Assembly (NCBI GenBank): GCA_023458375.1 | Contig: JAEWZT010000002.1 | Span: 72,463 to 136,462 of the forward strand | Length of the DNA stretch: 64,000 nucleotides | Origin: Bacillota bacterium | GTDB taxonomy: Bacteria > Bacillota > Clostridia > Christensenellales > CAG-314 | Direction: 5' to 3' | In this document: positions 56,748-64,000 of the stretch, one piece after another | How the letters are laid out: each line of letters starts with the position of its first letter | Numbering within the stretch: the first letter of the stretch is position 1 | Program-made: the position numbers and the translations under genes | Notes under the pieces: model-generated | Seen by the model: only the letters and a program-made list of their open reading frames with translations | Told to the model about the DNA's origin: nothing | Database searches by the model: none

Positions 56748-57161
56748 ATGTCCAACAGGCTAAGGAGAGCAAAGGGGTTCAGTCATTTGAAAACCTAATC
56801 GCTTACAGCGGAAAAAGCGGGGGGGCTGTGGCTTGAACTTGAAACTTTTTAAAGGCAAAATACGATTTAAATATTTTCATTTACGACAGCGCGGCCAAAC
56901 TGTTGGGGCGTAAATTATAAGCACGGAAAAGAATATATTTGCGACGTCCACACCAAAAAAGGCGCTTTTGCGGTGTTTTTTCAAATTCAAGCTGTGAAAT
57001 TAAAAAGCTGAAAGGCGAGCTGAGCCAAAACGCCTTGGACGTTTGGCAAAGGCGCTACCCATGCGGCAAGGGGGGGACGGATGCGTTACCGCGTTACGCA
57101 AAAAGAGCGGTTAAAGGATATTTACAAACTGCTTGCGGCAAAGGTTAAGCCAAAAAAGTAA
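56748..57161 (+). pseudogene. DUF3788-like gene destroyed by multiple frameshifts
   Basis: Pieces alternate between two frames: ...FENLIAYSGKSGG / WLELETF / LKAKYDLNIFIYDSAAK / WGVNYKHGKEYICDVHTKKGAFAVFFQI / EIKKLKGELSQNALDVWQRRYPCGKGG / RMRYRVTQKERLKDIYKLLAAKVKPKK*. The junctions fall at homopolymers (G7 56819-56825, T5 56846-56850, T6 56976-56981, G7 57070-57076). Confidence 0.55.
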
Positions 57162-57543
57162 AAAAACACTAAGACAAAAAACGTCTTTTTTGCCGACGGC
57201 TGCGTTTATTAGCTTACTTAAAATAAACAAGGGCAGGGGTAAAATCCGTCCTTTTATATTTGTCCGCCGCGGTTTTTGCACCTTTGCCTCCGCAAAGATG
57301 AAATTTAATTGAAAATATCAAATACCCGCCCCTTTTTCATTGACACGCGCTTGTCAAATAATGTATAAAGCCTAGGAATAAAGAAAAAATTTACCCTTCT
57401 GTCGGAAAAGCTGTCGGAATAACAATAAGATATAATGCGTAAGCTGCAAAAAGACGTCGTTTTTCTTTTAAACAAAACGGTTTTTGTAAGCGAACCAAAC
57501 GCAGAAATTGACTTTTTGGCTTTATTCAAAAAGGAGAAATATT

Positions 57544-58374
57544 ATGATACACTTTATTGTTGATTCCACCTTCGGTATTGACCCAACCTACGCCTTTGAA
57601 CATAAGGTTGAGGTCGTAAACTTGAAGCTAATTTTGGAGGGAAAAGTTACTGACGAAGGCTTCGAAAGCGATTGGGAAGAGTTTTATAACAGGCTTGAAG
57701 CTTCAAAAGAATTCCCCACCACCAGCCAGCCAAGCCCGCAGGATTTTTCCGACGCCATAAATAAAATTACGCTTAAAGACCCTCAGGCCCAAATTGTTAT
57801 TTTAACCATTTCAAGCGCCCTTTCGGCAACGGTCAATTCCGCCGCCGTCGCGTTAAAAGACCATGGGGGCAAAAATATAACCGTTATAGATTCAGGACAG
57901 GCAAGCGCCTGCCAAAGGCTCATGCTTGAAGAAATAGTTGAAGCCGTTGAAAAGGGGCTTGCCTTTGAGGAAATTGAAAGCTTTGCCTCTTCGCTTCAAG
58001 AAAAACTGTCAATTTATTTTGTTCCTTCCACAATGGAATACTTAAAAAGAGGGGGGAGGATAGGCGTGCTTTCGGCGACTCTGGCAAGCGTTTTGCAAAT
58101 CAAGCCCATTTTTCTATTCAGGAAAGGCTCAATTTCCGTCGCAAAAAAAGTTTTGGGCTTGGGAAGGGCGCTTAAAGAAATGACGGAGCTTGTTTCAAAA
58201 AACTTTAAGAAAATATATGTATGCTACATACACGAAAAAACGAACTTAAACCATCTGCTTGAAAAAGTTAAGCAGACGCTGGGCTTGGACAATCTGCCCG
58301 TCGTAGCGGTAAGCCCCGTATTCGGGGCGCATGTCGGCATAGGCGCCGTAGGCATTGCCGCTTTGGAATACTAA
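57544..58374 (+). CDS. DegV family fatty-acid-binding protein
   Basis: About 276 aa from the ATG at 57544 (AAGGAG RBS); the track start at 57508 is upstream of the RBS. The DegV N-terminal pattern IVDSTFGI and the TSQPSP motif are present. Confidence 0.9.
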   Translation: MIHFIVDSTFGIDPTYAFEHKVEVVNLKLILEGKVTDEGFESDWEEFYNRLEASKEFPTTSQPSPQDFSDAINKITLKDPQAQIVILTISSALSATVNSAAVALKDHGGKNITVIDSGQASACQRLMLEEIVEAVEKGLAFEEIESFASSLQEKLSIYFVPSTMEYLKRGGRIGVLSATLASVLQIKPIFLFRKGSISVAKKVLGLGRALKEMTELVSKNFKKIYVCYIHEKTNLNHLLEKVKQTLGLDNLPVVAVSPVFGAHVGIGAVGIAALEY

Positions 58375-58406
58375 AAAACGAAAAAAATTTAAAAATAAGT
58401 TCCTAA

Positions 58407-58433
58407 AAGCTCCCTCAAAGCGGGGGCTTTTTT
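58407..58433 (+). terminator. Rho-independent terminator of degV
   Basis: AAGCTCCC-TCAAAGC-GGGGGCTT followed by TTTTT. Confidence 0.75.
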
Positions 58434-58844
58434 GATGCCGCAGTTTTTAACAAAAACCAAAAGATGAGCATTTAGAGGCGAGAAAAGTTTAAAATTAATT
58501 GCCAACAAAACGCAAAACCTTAAAAAGCTATACAGCGATAAGCTAAACTCAAACGGGGAGAAGCCCTGCGAATTTGTTTTTGAAGTAATAGGCTGAGCGC
58601 AAAACAAAAAAACTTTGCAGGAAAGGTATTTAAAACGCCGTCCCTGTTAGTAGTCAATAGATTTAACCTTATTTAACTATTAACTCATGAATTATGCGCA
58701 AAAAAAGAGGGAAAAATATAATTTAACCCTCAAAAATCTTAAAAACTTAGCGCTATAATGAAATGCTTACAGCGCATAAACTTGTGCATATTTTTTTTAG
58801 AATATAAACTTTCGCCAACTTTTTTAAACGCTTTTAAACTTTTC

Positions 58845-59591
58845 TTATTTATCGCTTTTCATTTTGCGCCAAAAAACAAGGACGGCTAAAACGTAAATTA
58901 CCAGCGCATAGGCGATTACGATTGCTAAGTGGGGCAGTATTGAAGCGTATGCGCCGCTTAACGCGGCTTTCGCACTTTCCGCTCCGTGGTAAAAAGGCAA
59001 AAAAGAAGCGACGGCTTTAAAACCTTTGCCCGCTAAATCCAATGGAAACCAAACGCCCGACAGCCAGCCCGCTACGTTTGTCAAAAGAGCGCCGCACACG
59101 CCGCCCACAGCCTTGTCGTTCATTAAACTGCCGCACAGCAAGCCTATGCCCACATACAAAACAGAATTGGGCAGCAAAACCAAAAGGGCAAGCAAAATAT
59201 TGGCGCTAAAAGACAATCCGAAAGCAAGTGCCGCCAAAAAGGTTATAACGCTTTGGGCGGTCGCAAGGACGATTATGGGCAGAGTATAGCCCAAAATAAA
59301 GTCAAAGGGCTTCATTGGCGAGGTAAACAGCCGCATTAGGAAGGAAGAAGCGCGGTCTTTTGCAAGCAGCATTCCCGAAAACAGCGCCATAAACACGCAG
59401 CCGAAAGTGGCGGCGCCGGGCGCGAGGTTTTCAATTGCAAACATGGTATTGTTGGCTTGGGGCGGAATGTTGGCGTTGATTACCGAAAGCAGCGCCAGCA
59501 AAACCAAGGGAAAACCCAAACCGAAAAGAAAGTTAAGGGGGTCGCGCAATATTTCTTTGGCGTTGCGCTTTGCAAACAGTAAGGTTTTCAT
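58845..59591 (-). CDS. ABC-2 type transporter permease
   Basis: The start is revised to the ATG at 59591 (MKTLLFAKRNAKEILRDP...), which overlaps the ATPase stop as ATGA. The protein is 248 aa with 6 TM segments. The longer track ORF overlaps the upstream gene. Confidence 0.85.
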   Translation of the reverse strand: MKTLLFAKRNAKEILRDPLNFLFGLGFPLVLLALLSVINANIPPQANNTMFAIENLAPGAATFGCVFMALFSGMLLAKDRASSFLMRLFTSPMKPFDFILGYTLPIIVLATAQSVITFLAALAFGLSFSANILLALLVLLPNSVLYVGIGLLCGSLMNDKAVGGVCGALLTNVAGWLSGVWFPLDLAGKGFKAVASFLPFYHGAESAKAALSGAYASILPHLAIVIAYALVIYVLAVLVFWRKMKSDK

Positions 59592-60376
59592 TGTGCTTCC
59601 CCTCCCGCAAGGGCGACAAAAGCGTCCTCTAATTTTTGTTTTCCCGTTTGCAGCATAAGCTCTTTGACGGTGCCTGCGGCGACAAGCTTTCCCCTTGCCA
59701 TAATGCCTACGCGGTCTGACAATGCTTCCGCTTCCTCTAAATAATGCGTTGTTAAAATTATGGTAACCTTGCCCTTCAAGCTTGAAATAAAGGACCAAAG
59801 TTCGCGGCGCGCAAGCACGTCAAGCCCCAAAGTCGGCTCGTCAAGGAACAATATTTCGGGGTTAGAAATTAAAGCCATAGCTATTGAAAGACGGCGTTTC
59901 ATACCGCCCGACAGCGTTTTTACCCTTTTGTTTAAAACTTGCTCCAAACCTAGGCGCTGCGCCATATTTAAGGCGCTTTGACGGGCGATTTTGCCCCTCT
60001 GCCCGTAAATGCCCGCGATAAACTCTAAATTTTCCGACACCGTCAGGTTTTCCGCGACGGCGGTTTCCTGCGGCGAAATATTGATTTTTTGTTTAACGGC
60101 GCGGGAGTTTTCATTAACGCTTTTGCCAAGCAGCAGCGCGTCCCCTCCGCTTGGCGCCGTCAAGCCCGACAGCATTTTGATTGCCGTTGTTTTGCCCGCC
60201 CCGTTTACGCCCAAAAGCGAAAACAGCTCGCCTTTTTTAATCGCAAGGTTTAAACTGTCAACGGCGCAAAGCCCGCCGTATTTTTTGGTAAGGTTTGTAA
60301 TGATAATTGCGTTGCCGCAAGGAAAAGCTTTTTCGTCAAGGCTTTTTACTTCGCCTTTGTTTATGTTATCCGTCAT
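59588..60376 (-). CDS. ABC transporter ATP-binding protein (ABC-2/DrrA-like)
   Basis: 262 aa with Walker A GVNGAGKTT, signature LSGGMKRR and Walker B LFLDEPT. Confidence 0.9.
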   Translation of the reverse strand: MTDNINKGEVKSLDEKAFPCGNAIIITNLTKKYGGLCAVDSLNLAIKKGELFSLLGVNGAGKTTAIKMLSGLTAPSGGDALLLGKSVNENSRAVKQKINISPQETAVAENLTVSENLEFIAGIYGQRGKIARQSALNMAQRLGLEQVLNKRVKTLSGGMKRRLSIAMALISNPEILFLDEPTLGLDVLARRELWSFISSLKGKVTIILTTHYLEEAEALSDRVGIMARGKLVAAGTVKELMLQTGKQKLEDAFVALAGGEAQ

Positions 60377-60621
60377 TTCTCTTCACCTTCTCCCTTTGCC
60401 TCCTCGTTTTTAAAGCCGCCGCCGAAAATCATTGAGGCAAGCCCCGCAAACGTTTCTTTGGGCGGAATGGCTATCCCCTGTTTTTTATCGCCCAGCAGAA
60501 TTAGCGTGTCTCCCGGTTCAATACTAAATATTTTGCGCGCCTCTTGCGGAATGACTATTTGTCCCTTTTCGCCTACCTTTACAGTCCACGCGTATTGCCC
60601 CATAGGGGTTTTCGAGTGCAT
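60373..60621 (-). CDS. AbrB/MazE/SpoVT-family DNA-binding domain protein
   Basis: The start is revised to the ATG at 60621 (AGAGG RBS), giving 82 aa. SpoVT-AbrB motif VKVGEKGQIVIPQEARKIFSIEPGDTLILL. There is a 4-nt overlap with the ABC ATPase gene. Confidence 0.8.
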   Translation of the reverse strand: MHSKTPMGQYAWTVKVGEKGQIVIPQEARKIFSIEPGDTLILLGDKKQGIAIPPKETFAGLASMIFGGGFKNEEAKGEGEEK

Positions 60622-61265
60622 ATTTTTTACCTCTTTTATATAAAATCTCTTTAATCGCAAATATTAAATATTTAGCTTGGGGGCTTATGTATTTGTCTTT
60701 TCTGCCTTTTATCGTATAAGCCGTTTGCCGTTTTGCTACTGCGGCTTTTAATATAGTTTAAAACCTGCGCCAAACAGGCTCGGCGCCTCTCAATGCTTTT
60801 TTACGGCTGCAAATAATTCTCTTTACATATAAACCCATTTGTTCCAAGTGGATTATACGCTTGGCTTACTGTCCTTCTTTGGCGCCGTCAACCCAGGTGA
60901 TGAAGGCGAGCTTTTTTGAGCGCAGATTTAAGCGAAAGCAAAAATGAAGCTTAAAAGCGCGCCGCGCCTGCTAGGGTAGGTGTTTATCCTTAATGAGGCG
61001 GCCGTCTTTCTATTTTCACTAAGCGATTTTGCAGTTGTGCGGACGCGCTAAGCTTATTGCTTTTATTTTACTCTTACACTGTGCTGCTTTGGTATGAAAA
61101 GTATAATTTGTATAACAAGTATAGCCTATAAAATGCGCCCTGTAAACTAAATAACATAAAATATTTTGTGCGCGGCTGGGATAACCTAATAAACTCTGTT
61201 AAAAAGTTTTGCCAAACTCAATTTTGTTTTACAAATTAAAAACGGCGGTAAGGTGATTTACATAT

Positions 61266-61305
61266 TTAAAAAGGCTTGCTTTGCATTTGCGCAAAACAAG
61301 CCTCT
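61266..61305 (-). terminator. Rho-independent terminator of the SDR gene
   Basis: AGGCTTG (61272-61278) pairs with CAAGCCT (61297-61303), with a nested TTTGCGCAAA palindrome and a T-run on the minus strand. Confidence 0.7.
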
Positions 61306-61328
61306 TAAATGGAGGATATGAAAAAAGT

Positions 61329-62414
61329 TTAAACTTTTGTGCGAATCTTTTTGGCTTTTTTGGAGGCAACGCGCTTTTTATCCTTAGCCGCCTCGGGAGA
61401 CCGCCTGCTTTCTTTTATCCACGCCGCAATGTCCGTTAAGCTTTCTTTTAAGGGGCGCGTCTGGTAGCCGAATTCTTCCGTTGCCTTTTGGTGTGAAAAA
61501 GCCGTGCCCTGCGATACGGTATAAATTGAATATCCCGTAAAGACGGGCGTCTGGTGTGTCGCCTTATAATGCAGTTCGGCTAAGGGCGCGAAAGCTTTTG
61601 CGACCCACAGCGGGATATAAACCCTGATTTTTTTGCGCCCGCTTATTTCGGCAAGCAGAGTAAAAAGTTCTTCAAGCTCTACGTAGCGGTTGGAAAGGAT
61701 ATAACACTCTCCCTTTCTGCCCTTTCGGCAAGCCTGCACGATACCTCTTGCCACGTCGCGCACGTCTACAAAGTCAAAGCCGCCCTTAATGGCTACGGGC
61801 AGTTTTTTGTTAAGATAAAGGGTGATAAGCTGCGCCATATTGCCTGTTGGCAACCCGTTGGGTCCTATTATGCCCGAAGGGTGCACGACTAGGGCGTCAA
61901 GACCCTCTTTTGCCGCGTCAAGCACAAGCTGCGTCGCTTCCGCTTTGGTTTTATCGTAGTAGCCCATAACATTGTCGGGGTCAAAATGGGTAATTTCCTT
62001 TGTAATTTCCCCTCTGGGCAGCCCCGGAATGGCATGGACGGAACTGACGTAAAGCAGCCTTTTGACGTGGTTTTCCTTACATGCGGCAATAATATTTGAC
62101 GTTCCGAAAACATTTACGGCGCGGATTTTTTTATCGGCTTTTTTGGTAATAGCCACAATGCCCGCGCAGTGGATAACATATAAATCTTTTCCCTCAAAGT
62201 TGTTAAAAAGCGGCAACAGCGTTTCCGGCTTGCAAACGTTTCCTTCGTATTCCCTTAAATTGTGCCTGTTTACAACCACAAAGGGGGGAACGTGCTCTTT
62301 GGGCAGCACAAGCGCGCGCACTTCCTCGCCGCGCGCAAGCAATTCCTTGACGACATAGCTGCCAAGGTGCCCCGCCGCGCCCGTTACGATATAAACTGAA
62401 TTGTTTTCTCTCAT
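61329..62414 (-). CDS. NAD-dependent epimerase/dehydratase family (extended SDR) protein
   Basis: 361 aa with an N-terminal TGAAGHLGS Rossmann motif and catalytic YDKTK. It has a Lys-rich C-terminal tail. Confidence 0.85.
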   Translation of the reverse strand: MRENNSVYIVTGAAGHLGSYVVKELLARGEEVRALVLPKEHVPPFVVVNRHNLREYEGNVCKPETLLPLFNNFEGKDLYVIHCAGIVAITKKADKKIRAVNVFGTSNIIAACKENHVKRLLYVSSVHAIPGLPRGEITKEITHFDPDNVMGYYDKTKAEATQLVLDAAKEGLDALVVHPSGIIGPNGLPTGNMAQLITLYLNKKLPVAIKGGFDFVDVRDVARGIVQACRKGRKGECYILSNRYVELEELFTLLAEISGRKKIRVYIPLWVAKAFAPLAELHYKATHQTPVFTGYSIYTVSQGTAFSHQKATEEFGYQTRPLKESLTDIAAWIKESRRSPEAAKDKKRVASKKAKKIRTKV

Positions 62415-62980
62415 TTATTATTTCACCTGCCTTATAAACCGACCCGTTTTACCTCTAAGCGTCTTTCTTTTTTACGAAAGGGCAGGCGTTGCCGCCTGCA
62501 AATACGCAAGTCTTTATTTCTAGCATTTTTCCCGTCTAAGTTATTTATACTCGCGCGCCGTTATTCTTTTATGTTGATTTGTTTAAAACTGAGTGAAATA
62601 AGGCGCTTTTTCGTGGCAGTTTTTGTCTTTTATGCCTTTTTAGATTTCTAAGCGCTTTTTGCTTTCTTTATTACAAGTTATAGCAAAAATAAAAGCCGCG
62701 CACAGTTTTAGGAAATTGTTTAAAGCGGTTTATCTTGCGGCGCCCCCTTTATTTGTCCTAGCTGCGCTTGCCAAAGAGGAGCAGCAATAGTTTGCCGTAA
62801 AAATTAAGCGGGGAAATGCTTTTATTTTTGCTTTTGAAGTCTTTCCTTTTACCAAAATATAAAAAGGCGGTCGTTGTTTTAAAAATCATTTCCGAGCGCT
62901 TATAGAATAAAAGCTTTTCAAAAGCAATCCCTTTATACTATTCGCCTTTTCCTGCGGACGTTAACGGCGATAAAAAAATG

Positions 62981-63011
62981 AAAGCGCTTTTTGTAAAAAA
63001 AGCGCTTTTTG
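62981..63011. terminator. symmetrical (bidirectional) terminator downstream of the S51 peptidase gene
   Basis: GCGCTTTTT (62984-62992) pairs with AAAAAGCGC (62997-63005), with T-runs on both strands. Confidence 0.65.
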
Positions 63012-63049
63012 CATGGTTAAAAAAATTAAATGCGGCGGGATGTAATATT

Positions 63050-63802
63050 TTAAAGCCCTTTCTCTTCTAGCGCGCGGCTCTCGCTGTCGCCGCAAAACTT
63101 TTCTTCTTTTCCTCTTTTGAAATAATAAGTTTCGCCGTAAAAGGTCGTTTTCCCTTTGGCAATTTCAATGTAAGCGCCGTCGGCTATGCCAAAATGCGGA
63201 TATTTATAAGAATCGGCAAGTGACATTTCAAAAGGAGTTACGCCCCCTAAAAGATAATCTTTCGCGGTGTTGATGTGGGGCATAATTTTAACTTTTGTAA
63301 GCCCCAGACCGCTTATCAGCCTGTTAAAGTTTTTGTCCGCCGTTTCCTCCTCGTATTCGGGCTGGACGTAAACAAAGTCGGCGCAGTTCATGCTGCCCGC
63401 GCTTTGACCTATTAACACGCCTTTAAAATCTTTGAGCTTTTCTTTGAGCATAATTTGCTTAAAATAGGCGTTTTGCGTAGGAACGTGCCCTCCCGCCAAA
63501 AAAACCACGTCGGCATTTTTAATCAAAAGCGCTAAATCACCTTTAAACCTGCTATCTACTACGGTAAAACCCTTTATCTCAAAACCGCTCAGTTCAAAGG
63601 ATTTTTTACGCAAAGCCGCATAAGCGTCTGTTATTTCGTAAGAATCAGGGCTGCTCGCCAAAAAGACAAAGCCGCCTATTGTAGGCATTAACGCCTTTAA
63701 TTTTGAAACAAACCCGTTGGCGTTTACCATTGGGCTTGCGACCTTGACTTCATTTTCTAAAACATATCCTCCCATGCTGCTTGTCAAAATTGCCGCTTTC
63801 AT
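63050..63802 (-). CDS. peptidase S51 / type-1 glutamine-amidotransferase-like protein
   Basis: 250 aa with an FLAGGH...GQSAGS nucleophile-elbow pattern typical of dipeptidase E-like proteins. AAGGAG RBS. Confidence 0.75.
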   Translation of the reverse strand: MKAAILTSSMGGYVLENEVKVASPMVNANGFVSKLKALMPTIGGFVFLASSPDSYEITDAYAALRKKSFELSGFEIKGFTVVDSRFKGDLALLIKNADVVFLAGGHVPTQNAYFKQIMLKEKLKDFKGVLIGQSAGSMNCADFVYVQPEYEEETADKNFNRLISGLGLTKVKIMPHINTAKDYLLGGVTPFEMSLADSYKYPHFGIADGAYIEIAKGKTTFYGETYYFKRGKEEKFCGDSESRALEEKGL

Positions 63803-63825
63803 AAAAATCTCCTTGTTTAAAGGGC

Positions 63826-63834
63826 ATTATACCA
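63826..63834 (-). promoter_or_regulatory. extended -10 promoter element of the S51 peptidase gene
   Basis: Minus strand TGgTATAAT lies about 24 nt upstream of the ATG at 63802. Confidence 0.5.
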
Positions 63835-64000
63835 CATTTTTTCAAGCCTTTCCTTTGCTTTTTACCCATTGACAAAGCTTGCAAATATCAAACCGCTTGA
63901 TGAAAGCGCCAATCTCTTTTCAATTCGGGGTTGACTAACCTGCGGTTGAGGGAGTTTTTGTTAAAACTAATACAGACGATTTGTCCGCAGGCAAAAATAA

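Noticed and set aside
59592-59798. N-terminal 69-aa extension of the ABC-2 permease ORF
   Set aside because: The extension overlaps the upstream ATPase gene and is Arg/Gly-rich nonsense. The internal ATG at 59591 forms an ATGA overlap and begins a typical permease N-terminus.

Overview
This 64-kb chromosomal window looks like a spore-forming Firmicute or Clostridia-like bacterium. It uses the standard code, and TAA, TAG and TGA all terminate genes here. The housekeeping backbone is a nicotinamidase-like hydrolase, pepF, a MATE pump, a heterodimeric ABC exporter pair, dnaE, whiA, a PHP phosphatase, murB, ktrB/ktrA-like K+ uptake, a CaCA antiporter, spoIIE, leuS, tilS-hpt and degV. Also present are three MFS transporters, MscS, MgtC, an AbrB-ABC2 operon, an SDR epimerase and an S51 peptidase, plus divergent tRNA-Ser(GCU) and tRNA-Arg(ACG) genes. 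I found no CRISPR array, intact mobile element or recognisable defence system.

The most notable observations are:
1. Gene decay is concentrated at about 41.5-57.2 kb. It comprises an HTH-GAF-PAS-PAS-HD-GYP gene cut by two homopolymer frameshifts, a split membrane protein, an XRE-membrane gene interrupted by an in-frame TAG inside a predicted TM helix, a multiply frameshifted DUF3788-like gene, and phage-like remnants flanking the tRNAs. Long essential genes elsewhere in the window are intact.
2. A 1204-aa c-di-GMP protein has the architecture SBP-TM-degenerate GGDEF-EAL-PAS-PAS-GGDEF. It is preceded by two identical 14-bp palindromes and a perfect 17-bp tandem duplication.
3. An Lsa-like ABC-F gene has a promoter, mini-ORF and terminator leader. 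A second, orphan copy of that leader lies 5 kb away.
4. Several genes have canonical promoters directly abutting the ATG with no SD, suggesting leaderless mRNAs. These include tilS, an MFS gene and the c-di-GMP gene.
5. There is a stand-alone GlmU acetyltransferase half.
6. An orphan collagen-like tail-fibre-type gene is paired with a Listeria-Bacteroides-repeat gene.
7. Several unexplained structured or repeated noncoding segments are present.

All calls come from reading the sequence and ORF translations. No database search was run.
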